Part shown: in pieces, positions 9,594-21,285 of the stretch
Position numbering within the stretch: the first letter of the stretch is position 1
Layout of the letters: each line of letters starts with the position of its first letter
Source: Synechococcus sp.
Lineage (GTDB): Bacteria; Cyanobacteriota; Cyanobacteriia; PCC-6307; Cyanobiaceae
Length of the DNA: 64,000 nucleotides
Assembly: GCA_047285305.1 (NCBI GenBank)
Contig: JBJBDL010000003.1
Location: 352,001-416,000, forward strand
Direction: 5' to 3'
Program-made: the position numbers and the translations under genes
Notes under the pieces: model-generated
Seen by the model: the letters and a program-made list of their open reading frames with translations, nothing else
The model's database searches: none
Told to the model about the DNA's origin: nothing

Positions 9594-11633
9594 TCAATAG
9601 CCCCCCGCCATCTTCTGGCGCAGCTGCTTCACCCGATCACGCAGGTTCGCGGCTTCTTCAAAATCGAGCTTCTTGGCTGCCTCCTTCATCTTGGCCTCGA
9701 GCTGATCGATTAACTCCGGCAGCGCCTCCAGCGCCAGGCCGGCATCGGGATCGTTCTCCAAGGCCTTGGCGGCTTTGCCCACCACCTCCACCAGATCCGC
9801 GTCCGGGCCGTCTTGCTTCAACTTGCGGCTCAACTCCAGGAAGCTGAGGATCGAGTTGCTGGCCTTCTTGCCCGCCGCCGTTGGCACGACGCCGTGCTTC
9901 TCGTTGTAGGTCTGCTGAATCGCCCGGCGTCGTTCGGTCTCGGAAATGGCCTTGGCCATCGAGTCGGTCATGTTGTCGGCATAGAGCAGCGCCACCCCCT
10001 CCACGTGGCGTGCAGCCCGGCCGATGGTCTGGATAAGGGAGCGCTCAGCCCGCAGGAAGCCTTCTTTGTCAGCATCGAGGATCGCCACCAGGCTCACCTC
10101 CGGCAGGTCCAGGCCCTCCCGCAGCAGGTTCACCCCCACCAGCACGTCGTATTCCCCCAGGCGCAGATCCTGGATGATCTCGATCCGCTCAATCGAATGG
10201 ATCTCCGAGTGGAGGTAGCGCACCCGCACCTCGTTCTCCGCCAGGTAATCGGTGAGGTCTTCAGCCATCCGCTTGGTGAGCGTGGTGACCAACACCCGCT
10301 GGTTCTTGGCGGCCCGGTCACGGATTTCCCCCAGCAGATCGTCCACCTGGCCCGAGGTGGGCCGCACCTCCACCACCGGATCGAGCACCCCGGTGGGGCG
10401 GATCACCTGCTCAGCCACCTCTCCGCCGCTCACCTCCATCTCCCAATCCCCCGGAGTGGCGGAGACGAACACCGTCTGACGCGCCTTCTCCCAAAACTCG
10501 GCCCCCTTCAACGGTCTGTTGTCCGCTGCGCTGGGCAGGCGGAAGCCGTGCTCGATCAGCACCTTCTTGCGGGCCTGGTCGCCGTTGTACATCGCCTGGA
10601 GCTGCGAACAGGTGACGTGGCTCTCGTCCACGATCAACAGCCAGTCGTCCGGGAAATAATCAATTAGGCACTCCGGCGGCGTGCCCTCCTCGCGGCCGGC
10701 CAGATGGCGGGCGTAGTTCTCCACCCCGTTGCAGTAGCCCACCTGACCCAGCATCTCCAGGTCGTACCTGGTGCGCTGCTCCAGCCGCTGGGCCTCCAAC
10801 AATTTGCCTTCTCCGTTGAGCACATCCAGCCGCTCCCGCAGCTCCGAGCGGATGGCGCTGATGGCGGAATCCAGCCGGTCTTTCGGGGTGACGAAGTGCT
10901 TGGCCGGGTAGATGTTCACCGCATCCATGCTCTGCAGGATCTCGCCGGTGGTGGGATCGACGTAGCGGATCGCCTCCACCTCGTCGCCGAACAGCTCGAT
11001 CCGCACCAACCGATCTTCGTAGGCGGGGCCGATCTCCAGCACATCCCCCTTCATGCGGAAACGACCGCGAGCGATTTCAGTGTCGTTGCGGCTGTACTGG
11101 TTGTTCACCAGCTCCCGCAGCTGGCTGCGGATGTTGAGGGTCTCGCCCACCTCGAACTTCACCGCCGCCTTAAGGTATTCACTGGGAATGCCCAGGCCGT
11201 AGATGCAGCTGATCGAGGCCACCACGATCACGTCGCGCCGTTCAAACAGCGAGCGCGTCGCCGAGTGGCGCAGCATGTCGATCTCCTCGTTGATCGACGC
11301 CGTCTTGGCGATGTATGTGTCGCTGACCGGAACGTAAGCCTCCGGTTGGTAGTAGTCGTAGTAGGAGATGAAGTACTCAACGGCGTTCTCAGGAAAGAAC
11401 TCCCGCAGCTCGTTGCAGAGCTGGGCCGCCAGAGTTTTGTTGTGGGCTAGCACAAGCGCAGGCCGCCCGGTCTGGGCAATCACGTTGGCCATCGTGAACG
11501 TCTTCCCCGTGCCTGTCGCCCCCAGCAACGTCTGATAGCGCTCACCGCTGTTTACACCCTTCACCAGCTGCTTGATCGCCGTCGGCTGGTCTCCCTTGGG
11601 GGAATAAGGCGCCGTGAGGTCGTAGGCGGGCAT
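9594..11633 (-). CDS. uvrB: Excinuclease ABC subunit B
   Basis: [23 protein letters not shown]-terminal UVR domain. Confidence 0.99.
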   Translation of the reverse strand: MPAYDLTAPYSPKGDQPTAIKQLVKGVNSGERYQTLLGATGTGKTFTMANVIAQTGRPALVLAHNKTLAAQLCNELREFFPENAVEYFISYYDYYQPEAYVPVSDTYIAKTASINEEIDMLRHSATRSLFERRDVIVVASISCIYGLGIPSEYLKAAVKFEVGETLNIRSQLRELVNNQYSRNDTEIARGRFRMKGDVLEIGPAYEDRLVRIELFGDEVEAIRYVDPTTGEILQSMDAVNIYPAKHFVTPKDRLDSAISAIRSELRERLDVLNGEGKLLEAQRLEQRTRYDLEMLGQVGYCNGVENYARHLAGREEGTPPECLIDYFPDDWLLIVDESHVTCSQLQAMYNGDQARKKVLIEHGFRLPSAADNRPLKGAEFWEKARQTVFVSATPGDWEMEVSGGEVAEQVIRPTGVLDPVVEVRPTSGQVDDLLGEIRDRAAKNQRVLVTTLTKRMAEDLTDYLAENEVRVRYLHSEIHSIERIEIIQDLRLGEYDVLVGVNLLREGLDLPEVSLVAILDADKEGFLRAERSLIQTIGRAARHVEGVALLYADNMTDSMAKAISETERRRAIQQTYNEKHGVVPTAAGKKASNSILSFLELSRKLKQDGPDADLVEVVGKAAKALENDPDAGLALEALPELIDQLEAKMKEAAKKLDFEEAANLRDRVKQLRQKMAGGY

Positions 11634-11707
11634 GGGTGCTGCAGGGCCAAACGGCGGCCGTTAATTATCGCCGGGGAGCAAGATGAAGTGCTGCGGCTCC
11701 CCTACCC

Positions 11708-12163
11708 GTGACCCCGATCCGGCTGGTTCACCATGCCCCCGGTGCCCCAGGCCTGCGCTGGCTTGGCCTCGGGCCGGATCTGCGCCCCAGCCGAGCGTTG
11801 CTCAAGCTGCAACGGCTGTTCGATCGTCACGCCTTCTGGGCCCGCGGCCGCAGCTTTACTCAGCTGCGGCGCCTGCTTGCTGGTAGCGACGCCGTGGTGA
11901 GCCTCTGGCGCGGCAAGCGGCTGGTGGGCTTCGGCCGGGCCACCTCCGATGGCTTCAGCCGAGCCGTGCTCTGGGATATCGTCGTAGCCGGTGATCTGCA
12001 GGGCCATGGCCTAGGCCGCCGGGTGATCGAAGAACTACTCCACACTTCACCAGTGGTGGGGGTTGAAAGGGTGTACCTGATGACCACCAAAAGTGCAGGC
12101 TTCTATCGGCAACTGGGCTTCCAGGATGCGCACCCTCAGCAACTGATGGTGCTTCGCCGCTGA
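11708..12163 (+). CDS. GNAT family N-acetyltransferase
   Basis: LVGFGRA, QGHGLG acetyl-CoA loop, FYRQLGF. Confidence 0.85.
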   Translation: MTPIRLVHHAPGAPGLRWLGLGPDLRPSRALLKLQRLFDRHAFWARGRSFTQLRRLLAGSDAVVSLWRGKRLVGFGRATSDGFSRAVLWDIVVAGDLQGHGLGRRVIEELLHTSPVVGVERVYLMTTKSAGFYRQLGFQDAHPQQLMVLRR

Positions 12164-12460
12164 GCAAAACAAATTTACGCTCTTATCAACTAAAATTTAT
12201 GCATAAAATCGATTAAATTTCTTGGCTATCCAAAGGCCGACAAAACGACATAAATAAAGATAAATTCTGGCAAAATCCCATCTATATCAGCATATACCTG
12301 TTTTAAATTTTATTTAAGACACAAATCGAATTTCAGTCGACACCTCTACTTTGTACATGTTCGCTTTTGGCTATAGATCAGGCTCGAGCCTGGCTAGGCA
12401 ACATTCGCTATAGGTTGGTCTTGAGACTGTGAAGCTTTTCTGCCAAGCGTGACGGCTGAC

Positions 12461-14080
12461 ATGACACGAATCCTGATCCGCTGCGATGCGTCTCTGTCAA
12501 TCGGAAGCGGCCACGTCATGCGTTGCCGAAACTTGGCTCGGCTTTTGCAGCAGCGCGGAGCTGAGGTCAACTTCATCTGCCGGGTGCAACCTGGCGATTT
12601 AATCCACCTTTTAGAGAAAGAATTCTCAGTGTTAAAGCTGCCCGAGCAGTCGCTACTTGCTTACAAAGGACTGCAAGAACGGCAGCTGTACGAGGCCTGG
12701 CTTGGCTGCAGCCAAGAGCAGGACGTAGGCGACTGCCTCAATGCGCTGGCTCAGGCCAATATCTCAACAGCCAGCTGGTTGGTCGTGGACCATTACGGCC
12801 TCGATGCCAAATGGGAAGTTCAGCTTCTCACAGCTCTAACGGACGGAAGTTCAATCCCCCAGTTACTAGCAATCGACGATCTAGCCGACCGACCACATCA
12901 AGCCAATCTGCTTCTTGATTCCAACTTCTTTGGAGATGCCACAGAAAATCGTTACCACGGGCTGGTAACTGAAAATTGCCGCCAACTTTTGGGCCCCCAT
13001 TACGCCCTGTTGGCTCACGAATACCCCCATTTGCATCCTTTGGTTCCGAAACGTACGCAGTTGAAGCGTGTACTTGTGTTCTTCGGGGGCGTAGATGAAA
13101 ATAATTTGACCAGCCAGGCACTGAAGGCGTTGATGGATCCAGCTCTGGCTGATCTCGCTGTGGATGTCGTCATTGGTCGCCAGTCACCCCACTGGAAGGC
13201 AGTCAAAAAACTGGTAGACAAGCTCCCTAACGCCACTCTGCACGGCCCTTTACCGAGTCTCGCTGGCCTGATGGTTCGGGCCGATTTAGCGATCGGCGCC
13301 GGCGGTGCCACCACCTGGGAAAGAGCATGCCTGGGTTTACCAAGCCTTGTGATAGCAATTGCGATGAATCAACTGAAATCAACCCAAGCCCTACATCACC
13401 ACGGACATTTGCAATTGCTTGGCAGTGAAGCCTTGGTGAGCGTTGAAGAGATCACATCAGCACTGCTGGCCAGACTGCACGATCCTGATACAAAGGTGGC
13501 AGGCAGTGGTCTCACCGATGGCTGGGGAGTCAGTCGCCAAGCCATAGCGATGCTTGGCCCTCAGGAGGGCGGACTGAGACTTCGACCAGCGATAGCAACT
13601 GATGAAGCCTTGCTCTTGCGCTGGGCCAATGATCCTCAGGTACGGAGCAATAGCCTCACAAGCGAGCAAATCACGCCGGAGGATCACCACAGATGGTTTA
13701 AAAGGGGACTGAACAATCCCCAACGGCTGCATTTGATCGCCACAACAGCTGATGGATGCCCAGTGGGTCAAATCCGCTTCGATCAGCAATTCACCTCGCG
13801 AAAGGGGGCTTCCATTGAAGCGGTCGTTGCACTTTCACTGGATCGCTGCGCCAGGGGCCATGGCCTTGCTGGTGAGTTGGTCAGAAAAGGAGTTAAAGCC
13901 CTTCATCAACATTGGGGGCCAGACGTCAATGTTGTGGCCGAGGTGCTGACGACAAACACAGCCAGCAACGCTTGCTTTGCCCGAGCAGGCTTTAAGCAAG
14001 AACCAAACGTGGACTCTTCACCCAACTCATCAGATCGAGCGATGAATCGCTGGCATTTGCTATCCAATCAATCCTGCTGA
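12461..14080 (+). CDS. pseG: UDP-2,4-diacetamido-2,4,6-trideoxy-beta-L-altropyranose hydrolase PseG fused to a C-terminal GNAT (PseH-like)
   Basis: IRCDAS..IGSGHVMRC, VVDHYGLD, IDDLADR, GAGGATTWER. C-terminal LRWANDPQVR...H..WF, VGQIRFD, RGHGLA, S...F..AGF. Confidence 0.85.
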   Translation: MTRILIRCDASLSIGSGHVMRCRNLARLLQQRGAEVNFICRVQPGDLIHLLEKEFSVLKLPEQSLLAYKGLQERQLYEAWLGCSQEQDVGDCLNALAQANISTASWLVVDHYGLDAKWEVQLLTALTDGSSIPQLLAIDDLADRPHQANLLLDSNFFGDATENRYHGLVTENCRQLLGPHYALLAHEYPHLHPLVPKRTQLKRVLVFFGGVDENNLTSQALKALMDPALADLAVDVVIGRQSPHWKAVKKLVDKLPNATLHGPLPSLAGLMVRADLAIGAGGATTWERACLGLPSLVIAIAMNQLKSTQALHHHGHLQLLGSEALVSVEEITSALLARLHDPDTKVAGSGLTDGWGVSRQAIAMLGPQEGGLRLRPAIATDEALLLRWANDPQVRSNSLTSEQITPEDHHRWFKRGLNNPQRLHLIATTADGCPVGQIRFDQQFTSRKGASIEAVVALSLDRCARGHGLAGELVRKGVKALHQHWGPDVNVVAEVLTTNTASNACFARAGFKQEPNVDSSPNSSDRAMNRWHLLSNQSC

Positions 14081-14154
14081 AGGCACTTGCCTCCATGAAA
14101 AGGTGACAATTGTTCCAGGATCACCATCCAAACGCGTAGGCAGGACACCACCTC

Positions 14155-15204
14155 ATGACGATCGAGATCGCTGGCCGAACCATCGGTACAGACCATCCCC
14201 CGTTTGTGATTGCCGAGATGAGCGGCAACCACAACCAAGACTTAGGCAGGGCTTTGGAAATCGTCGAGGCTGCCGCTAAAGCAGGCGCCCATGCAATCAA
14301 ATTGCAGACGTATACTGCCGACACAATGACGCTCGATAAGCGTGGCGAAAGTTTCGAAATCAATGATAGTAAGTCACTCTGGAATGGAAAAAATCTCCAT
14401 GATCTTTATAAACTTGCCTATACACCCTGGGAATGGCACGCACCAATCATGGAGCGCGCCCAGGAATTGGGATTGATCTGTTTTAGTTCACCCTTCGATG
14501 AAACAGCCGTCGATTTTCTAGAGGGTCTTAATACCCCTGCATACAAAATTGCCAGTTTCGAAAACAACCACCTGCCTTTAATCGCCAAGGCCGCAGCCAC
14601 AGGAAAACCCCTGATCATTTCCACCGGAATGGCCAGCCTTGGTGAGCTCGAACTGGCAGTTGAAACTGCTCGTGATGCAGGCTGTGATCAACTCATTTTG
14701 CTGAAATGCACAAGCACTTACCCGGCAATTCCTGAAAATACCAACATTCGCACGATCCCCCATCTTCGCGACTTATTCCACACCGAAGTCGGTCTCAGCG
14801 ATCACACCATGGGTCTGGGAGTTGCAGTTGCCTCAATAGCTTTAGGTGCCTCAGTGATTGAAAAACATTTCACCTTGGCGCGGAAAGACGGCGGCGTCGA
14901 CAGTGCTTTTTCTTTGGAGCCTCAGGAGATGGCGAATTTGATAGTGGAATCTGAGCGTGCCTGGCAAGCCCTTGGGATTGTGCGCTACGGCCCAACCGAA
15001 GCCGAGCGCAAGAGCCTCGTTCTCCGCCGATCCATTTATGTCTCTGAGGACATCAATGAAGGAGATCTGTTCACTGAGGAGAACATTCGCATTATTCGGC
15101 CTGGTGACGGTGCACCTCCACATCTCTTCGAACAACTGCTGGGACGTAAAGCCAGGCGGGCCTATGGCTCAGGAACACCACTGAGCTTGGATCAGCTCCT
15201 GTGA
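14155..15204 (+). CDS. pseI: Pseudaminic acid synthase (NeuB family)
   Basis: IAEMSGNHNQ, KLQTYTADT, YKIASFE, LKCTSTYP, GLSDHT, C-terminal SAF domain. Confidence 0.9.
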   Translation: MTIEIAGRTIGTDHPPFVIAEMSGNHNQDLGRALEIVEAAAKAGAHAIKLQTYTADTMTLDKRGESFEINDSKSLWNGKNLHDLYKLAYTPWEWHAPIMERAQELGLICFSSPFDETAVDFLEGLNTPAYKIASFENNHLPLIAKAAATGKPLIISTGMASLGELELAVETARDAGCDQLILLKCTSTYPAIPENTNIRTIPHLRDLFHTEVGLSDHTMGLGVAVASIALGASVIEKHFTLARKDGGVDSAFSLEPQEMANLIVESERAWQALGIVRYGPTEAERKSLVLRRSIYVSEDINEGDLFTEENIRIIRPGDGAPPHLFEQLLGRKARRAYGSGTPLSLDQLL

Positions 15205-15324
15205 AAACAGAAAAATTTCTGCCAAAACAAGATCAATCCACTGTTGTTTTTTTGCTGCATGCCACACAACAGTGGACTCAATCAAGCATCGTATCGGTAC
15301 GATCCGGATCCTTCAGATCAGCCG

Positions 15325-18030
15325 ATGCCCCGGTCCGCGTCACAGTTCCCTGACGACGCCCTGCAGGGCAATTTATTTGGAGGACCTGAGTCGGCTGCAA
15401 CGACTGCGCCCACCAGCGAACCTGAGGCACCCAGCCGCGATCTCAGCGACGACGAACTGGAGTCTGATGCCTCAGCCCGCCCCCGAACACGCCAGGCCAA
15501 GTCAGGCAAAACCAGCAGAGAATCCATATCTACAAGTGATTCATCACCCAGCAGCGACGAACCTGCCTGGGCCCACCACAGCCAGCTGAATCCGCTTCAG
15601 CTGACGCCGATGCTGCGTCACTACGTAGAGCTCAAAGCGACCCATCCCGAGCGGGTGCTGCTTTACCGCCTGGGCGACTTCTTCGAGTGCTTCTTTGAAG
15701 ACGCGATCGAACTCTCCCGGGTCCTGGAGCTCACCCTCACCGGCAAGGAGGGCGGCAAGGCGATCGGGCGGGTGCCGATGGCGGGCATCCCCCACCACGC
15801 CGCCGAGCGCTACTGCGCCGAACTGATCAATCAGGGCTACAGCGTGGCCCTCTGCGATCAACTCGAAACCACCCCCACAAAGGGTGCCCTGCTCAAGCGG
15901 GACATCACCCGGGTGCTGACCCCCGGCACCGTGCTGGAGGAGGGCATGCTCAGCGCCCGCCGCAATAACTGGCTGACGGCGGTGGTGGTGGAGCCGGCCG
16001 AGGGGAAACAACCGCTGCGCTGGGGCCTGGCCAGTGCCGATGTGAGCACTGGCGAGGTGCAGGTGATGCAGCGGGAAGACAGCAGCTCCCTACATCAGCA
16101 GCTGGCCCAGCAGGAGGCCTCCGAACTGCTCTGGGCCGCCGCCCTCGATGCTGAGCGGCCAGCCTGGTGCCCGGAACGGTTGCGGCTGACGCCGATGGCC
16201 AGCACCCCCTTCAGCCCAGCGGAGGCGGAGCGCACCCTCCAACAGCACTATGGCCTCAGCAGCCTCGATGGCCTCGGCCTGCCGGAACATCCCCTGGCCC
16301 TGCAGGCCCTCGGCGGACTGCTGCGCTACCTGCAGGACACCCAGCCCCTAGAAGAGGACAGCCGCATTCCCCTGGAGGTACCGGCGATCGTGCACCGCGG
16401 CGATGCCCTGGTGCTGGATGCCCAGACCCGCCGCAACCTCGAGCTCACCGCCACCCAGCGCGACAACCAGTTGCAGGGGTCGTTGCTCTGGGCGATCGAT
16501 CGCACCCTCACCGCCATGGGCGGCCGTTGCCTGCGCCGCTGGCTGGAAGCACCATTGATGGAGCGCCAGGCCATTCAGCAGCGCCAGGATCTGGTGAGCA
16601 GCCTGGTGGGTGAACGCAGCCTGCGGCTGGCGATCCGCCACCTGCTACGGCCGATGGGGGACCTAGAACGGCTAGCCGGCCGGGCAGGGGCGGGCCATGC
16701 CGGTGCCCGCGATCTAGTGGCCATCGCCGATGGCCTTGAACGGTTGCCCCAGCTCACCGCTCGGCTGGAATCTGCGATCAGCGCAGGGCCGGAGTGGTTT
16801 CAGCAACTGCTCAACCCCGATCCAGCCCTTGCGGAGCTGGCTCGGACGATTCGCCACAATCTGGTGGAGGCCCCACCACTCTCCCTCTCTGAGGGCGACC
16901 TGATCCATGACGGCGTCGACCCGCTGCTGGATGGGCTGCGCAACCAACTGGACGATGAGGATGGCTGGCTCAGCCACCAGGAGCAGCAGGAGCGCCAACG
17001 CAGTGGCATCAGCACCCTGAAGCTGCAGCACCACCGCACCTTCGGCTATTTCCTGGCGGTGAGCAAAGCCAAGGCCACCGCCGTACCAGACCACTGGATC
17101 CGGCGCCAGACCCTGGCCAACGAGGAACGCTTCATCACCCCGGATCTCAAGGAGCGTGAAGGCCGCATCTTCCAGCTGCGGGCACGGGCTTGCCAGCGGG
17201 AATACGAGCTGTTCTGCCAGCTGCGCGAGCAAGTGGGAGCCATGGCCGCCCCAATCCGCCAGGCAGCCCGCGCTGTTGCTGCCCTCGATGCCCTCACCGG
17301 CTTGGCCGATGTGGCCGCCAGCGGTGGCTACTGCGCACCAACCATCACCGACGGCCGGGGGCTGCAGCTGGAGGCCAGCCGCCATCCGGTGGTGGAGCAA
17401 CGGCTAGTGGAAACCGCTTTCACCCCCAATGATGTGCAACTCGGTGAGGGCACAGATCTTGTTGTGCTCACGGGCCCCAACGCCAGTGGCAAGAGCTGCT
17501 ATTTGCGCCAGATCGGCCTGCTCCAGTTAATGGCTCAGATCGGCAGCTGGGTTCCGGCCCGCTCCGCCACGATCGGCATTGCCGATCGGATCTTCACCCG
17601 GGTGGGTGCTGTGGATGATCTGGCCGCCGGACAGTCCACCTTCATGGTGGAGATGGCAGAAACCGCCAACATCCTTCACCACGCCAGCGATCGTTCCCTG
17701 GTGCTGCTGGATGAGATCGGGCGGGGCACCGCCACCTTTGATGGCCTCTCGATCGCCTGGGCCGTGAGCGAGCACCTGGCCGGCGACCTGGGCAGCCGCA
17801 CGGTGTTTGCCACTCACTATCACGAGCTCAACAACCTGGCCTCTGAACGCGAGAACGTGGCCAACTTCCAGGTGCTGGTGGAGGAAACCGGTGAGGATCT
17901 GGTCTTCCTCCATCAGGTGCAGGCCGGCGGCGCCAGCCGCAGCTACGGCATCGAAGCGGCACGCCTGGCCGGCATTCCCAAACCTGTGGTGCAACGAGCC
18001 CGTCAGGTACTCAATCAGTTGGCGGCCTAA
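15325..18030 (+). CDS. mutS: DNA mismatch repair protein MutS
   Basis: [41 protein letters not shown]. Confidence 0.98.
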   Translation: MPRSASQFPDDALQGNLFGGPESAATTAPTSEPEAPSRDLSDDELESDASARPRTRQAKSGKTSRESISTSDSSPSSDEPAWAHHSQLNPLQLTPMLRHYVELKATHPERVLLYRLGDFFECFFEDAIELSRVLELTLTGKEGGKAIGRVPMAGIPHHAAERYCAELINQGYSVALCDQLETTPTKGALLKRDITRVLTPGTVLEEGMLSARRNNWLTAVVVEPAEGKQPLRWGLASADVSTGEVQVMQREDSSSLHQQLAQQEASELLWAAALDAERPAWCPERLRLTPMASTPFSPAEAERTLQQHYGLSSLDGLGLPEHPLALQALGGLLRYLQDTQPLEEDSRIPLEVPAIVHRGDALVLDAQTRRNLELTATQRDNQLQGSLLWAIDRTLTAMGGRCLRRWLEAPLMERQAIQQRQDLVSSLVGERSLRLAIRHLLRPMGDLERLAGRAGAGHAGARDLVAIADGLERLPQLTARLESAISAGPEWFQQLLNPDPALAELARTIRHNLVEAPPLSLSEGDLIHDGVDPLLDGLRNQLDDEDGWLSHQEQQERQRSGISTLKLQHHRTFGYFLAVSKAKATAVPDHWIRRQTLANEERFITPDLKEREGRIFQLRARACQREYELFCQLREQVGAMAAPIRQAARAVAALDALTGLADVAASGGYCAPTITDGRGLQLEASRHPVVEQRLVETAFTPNDVQLGEGTDLVVLTGPNASGKSCYLRQIGLLQLMAQIGSWVPARSATIGIADRIFTRVGAVDDLAAGQSTFMVEMAETANILHHASDRSLVLLDEIGRGTATFDGLSIAWAVSEHLAGDLGSRTVFATHYHELNNLASERENVANFQVLVEETGEDLVFLHQVQAGGASRSYGIEAARLAGIPKPVVQRARQVLNQLAA

Positions 18031-18034
18031 AGCC

Positions 18035-18517
18035 TCAAGGCGACGGCAAGGCCCGCATCAGGCTGCCCATCTCCAGGGCTTCCAGGCCATAGCTCCAGCC
18101 GAGGTTGCTCTTGATGCCCGCCCGTTCCAGCGCCTGCTGCATCGTGTCGGTGGTCAACACGCCGAAGATCACAGGCACGGACGTGTCGCGCGCCACCGCA
18201 GCAACCCCCTTGCTTGCCTCTGCCACCACCACATCGAAATGGGGCGTGTCGCCGCGGATCACCGCCCCCAGGGTGATCAGCACCTGGTACTGACCAGAGC
18301 GGGCCATCTGCTGGGCCACGATCGGCAGTTCGAACGAACCCGGCACCCAGGCCACGTCCAGCTGAGAGCTGGTCTCCGACACATCCACGCCATGGCGCTT
18401 GAGGCAATCGAGACAGCCGCTCAGCAGCTTGGCGGTGACCAGATCATTGAAACGGGCCACGACGATGCCGACGCGCAGCCCGGCTGCGTCAGAAAAACGT
18501 CCTTCAAACGTGGCCAT
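18035..18517 (-). CDS. ribH: 6,7-dimethyl-8-ribityllumazine synthase
   Basis: [25 protein letters not shown]. Confidence 0.98.
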   Translation of the reverse strand: MATFEGRFSDAAGLRVGIVVARFNDLVTAKLLSGCLDCLKRHGVDVSETSSQLDVAWVPGSFELPIVAQQMARSGQYQVLITLGAVIRGDTPHFDVVVAEASKGVAAVARDTSVPVIFGVLTTDTMQQALERAGIKSNLGWSYGLEALEMGSLMRALPSP

Positions 18518-18580
18518 TGGAAAGGTGCCGACTGAATCTCAGCCATCGTGGCACCCGCCAGGTTCTGCCTGAGGCTGAGC

Positions 18581-18769
18581 TCAGACGACGAAGAAGCTCA
18601 CACCCCAGTTCAGCAGCACCAGCGCCACCCACACAGCACTGCCCAGAAGGATCAAACGGTTGGAGCGGCCGCTGTCTTCGCTGGAGGCATACAGCACCGG
18701 TACCGCAACGATCAAAGCGAAGGACGCCACCACCAGGGCCAGAACGGTCAGCGTGTTGATGAACTGCAT
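18581..18769 (-). CDS. psbZ: Photosystem II protein PsbZ
   Basis: 62 aa, two TM helices, SFALIVAVPVLYAS. Confidence 0.95.
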   Translation of the reverse strand: MQFINTLTVLALVVASFALIVAVPVLYASSEDSGRSNRLILLGSAVWVALVLLNWGVSFFVV

Positions 18770-18882
18770 GGAGCTGGAAGTCAGAGGTCGATTTTCACAC
18801 GAGAGCTGTTGCTTCCGCGAGCGAGCGGAGCACTCTTCACACCATGAAGGGGAAGAGCCGACCGCTCAGCGGAGATTCAGGT

Positions 18883-19641
18883 TCAGACGCGGGTCGGGAC
18901 AGCGCTGCCGAGGGCATCACGCAGACCACGAACAACGGCCACCATCGCCAGCTCATCCTGCAGGCGGTTCACTGCTGAACCGACGCCCACGCCGGCCGCA
19001 CCGGCAGCGATAGCCATCGGCAGCGTTACCGCAGACAGACCAGAAGCACAGAGAACGGGCACATCGACGGCGCGGCTGATGCTATAAGCCGCCGCCAGGG
19101 TGGGGGCAGCCTTCTCGATCAGGCCCAGGTGGCCCGCACTAAAAGGCTTGGCACTGGTGCCGCCCTCGGTCTGGATCAGATCGGCACCGGCGGTCACCAG
19201 ATCGATGGCCAGCTGCTCCTGCTCATCGATCGGCAGCACGTGGGGCACGGTGACGCTCAACACCACGTTGGGCAGTAGTTGGCGGGTACGGCGGGTGAGC
19301 TCCAGCACTTCAGCCGCATCAAAGATCCGGCCCTGGGGATAAAAGGCGTCGTAGTTGCCGATCTCCACCATCAGCGCACCGGCTTCCACCGCCGCGGGGA
19401 ACTGCTCAGGCTCCACAGAAGACACACACACGGGCACGCCAACGGAGGCCTCGACTGCCAGACGCACCAGGGCGGGGTCGCAGGCCACGTCGATCAGATC
19501 CGCACCGCCACGCCCGGCTGCACGGGCCACCCGCTCCACACTGGCGGCATCGAAATTCATCAGGCCGGCGATCACCTTGAGCGCAGAGCGCTGCTCAAGG
19601 CTGCGCTGCAGAGAAACGGGCAGCTGCTGAAGACGGGTCAT
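18883..19641 (-). CDS. ycf23: DUF561 / Ycf23 family TIM-barrel protein
   Basis: LKVIAGLMNFD, EIGNYDAFY, QTEGGTS. Start MTRLQQ at 19641. Confidence 0.85.
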   Translation of the reverse strand: MTRLQQLPVSLQRSLEQRSALKVIAGLMNFDAASVERVARAAGRGGADLIDVACDPALVRLAVEASVGVPVCVSSVEPEQFPAAVEAGALMVEIGNYDAFYPQGRIFDAAEVLELTRRTRQLLPNVVLSVTVPHVLPIDEQEQLAIDLVTAGADLIQTEGGTSAKPFSAGHLGLIEKAAPTLAAAYSISRAVDVPVLCASGLSAVTLPMAIAAGAAGVGVGSAVNRLQDELAMVAVVRGLRDALGSAVPTRV

Positions 19642-19676
19642 GGGGGACTGGACAGCGATGCCCTGATTCTCACACC

Positions 19677-20681
19677 GTGGGGGAAACGCACCCCTGCTTC
19701 TTGGGTTGGACGTCCTGGCATGACCGCCTGCACCGGCGCCTGCTGATGCAACCGCAGCTGCTGCCCCAGGGCAGCGCTCTTCTGCTGGCGGTTTCCGGCG
19801 GACAGGACTCCATGGCCCTGCTGGCGTTGCTGCAGGATCTGGCGCCCTTGCATGGCTGGAGCCTGAGCCTGTGGCACGGCGACCACGGCTGGCACGACGG
19901 CTCCAGCCGAATCGCCTCGGAACTGAGCAACTGGTGCCAGCAGCGGCAGCTCCCCCTGCAGGTGGACCAGGCAGCACCGGGAGAGGTGCCCAGCGAAGCC
20001 AAGGCCCGGCAGTGGCGTTACGAACGGCTGGAACAACGGGGCCGCCAAGCGAGCGCAGATGTGGTGACGGGCCACACCGCCAGCGACCGAGCCGAAACGA
20101 TGCTGTTGCAGCTGGCCCGCGGCAGCGACCTAGCGGGCCTGGCGGCCCTGCCAAGCGTCCGCCCCCTGAGCCCGGAAGGGCCCCTCCTGCGCCGGCCGCT
20201 GCTGCACCTGCAGCGCAAAGACACCCTCGAGATCTGCAGGGACCTGGCCCTGCCGATCTGGGAGGACCCCAGCAACCAATCCTCCGCGTTCGCCCGCAAC
20301 CGGATCCGCCAGGAGGTGCTGCCGGTGCTGGAGGCGTTGCATCCCGGCAGCACGCAGCGGATGAGCAATCTGGCCGAACGGGTGTCCCAGGTGCGGGACA
20401 GTCAGACTGAACTCAGCCATATGGCGCTGCAGCTTCTGCAAACCGCAGCGGGCCTGGACCGCCGCGGCCTGGGGGCGTTGAACCCAGCCAGCCGCCGCCT
20501 GCTGCTGGCGCAGTGGCTGCAGCAGCAGGGGGTGCCAGCCCTGCCGGCCAGCCAGCTGGACGAACTCAGCAAGCGGCTGGACAACGGTGCCCCCGGCGGT
20601 GCGGCCGATCTTGCCGGAGGCTGGCAACTCAGCTGGAAAGGGGGGGAGCTGGTGCTGCAGCAGCGCGCAGCAGAGCATTGA
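19677..20681 (+). CDS. tilS: tRNA(Ile)-lysidine synthase
   Basis: AVSGGQDS PP-loop, TGHTASDRAET, WEDPSN, RNRIR. Confidence 0.95.
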   Translation: MGETHPCFLGWTSWHDRLHRRLLMQPQLLPQGSALLLAVSGGQDSMALLALLQDLAPLHGWSLSLWHGDHGWHDGSSRIASELSNWCQQRQLPLQVDQAAPGEVPSEAKARQWRYERLEQRGRQASADVVTGHTASDRAETMLLQLARGSDLAGLAALPSVRPLSPEGPLLRRPLLHLQRKDTLEICRDLALPIWEDPSNQSSAFARNRIRQEVLPVLEALHPGSTQRMSNLAERVSQVRDSQTELSHMALQLLQTAAGLDRRGLGALNPASRRLLLAQWLQQQGVPALPASQLDELSKRLDNGAPGGAADLAGGWQLSWKGGELVLQQRAAEH

Positions 20682-21267
20682 CCGCCGCGGCCACCAGACC
20701 CGCTCCACCCCTGCTGCTCTCCAAACGGATCTGGGGCAGGCCACTGGCCGCCAGATGATTCTTGCTTTCCGCCACCCCCACAAAACCCACAGGCATGCCG
20801 ATCACCAGGCTGGGGGCTGGAGCGCCGGCGGCCACCTGCTGCAACAGCACCTCAAGGGCAGTCGGCGCACTGCCGATCAGCACCACCGGCGCCGGTGACG
20901 CCAGCGCGAGCGCGCGCCAGGCCTGATCCATGCCCGCCGCCGTGCGCGTTGAACCCGCCAGCGCTACCTCAGGTGCCCACTCCAGCACCGTGTGCACGGC
21001 AGTGCCGAGGGTGCGTTGGGCCATCGGGGCCACCGCCGCCGCCGCCATCGCGGTGTCCGTCAAGATCGGCGCCCCCTGCTTCAGCGCTGCCAAACCCTGC
21101 TCGCAGGCCCCCTCACTGAACCGCAGCAGTGTTCCCAAGCTGATATCGCCGCTGCTATGCACAAGCCGTTCCAGCACCTGCTGTTGCAGCGGCGGCAAGC
21201 CAGTGTCCCCTAGTGCCGCCCGGATCCGCCGGATGCTTTCGGTGAAGATCGGGTGGTCTTGGGCCAT
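20629..21267 (-). CDS. cobH: Precorrin-8X methylmutase
   Basis: HPIFTESIRRI, RLVHSSGD, IGSAPTAL, GMPVGFVGVAESK. Confidence 0.92.
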   Translation of the reverse strand: MAQDHPIFTESIRRIRAALGDTGLPPLQQQVLERLVHSSGDISLGTLLRFSEGACEQGLAALKQGAPILTDTAMAAAAVAPMAQRTLGTAVHTVLEWAPEVALAGSTRTAAGMDQAWRALALASPAPVVLIGSAPTALEVLLQQVAAGAPAPSLVIGMPVGFVGVAESKNHLAASGLPQIRLESSRGGAGLVAAAVNALLRAAAAPAPPLSS

Positions 21268-21285
21268 CCACGCCATCATCGACCC

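Noticed and set aside
12375..12415. Possible pseI remnant (ARAWLGNIRY) and CAGGCTCGAGCCTG palindrome in the AT-rich spacer
   Set aside because: Too short to distinguish from chance.
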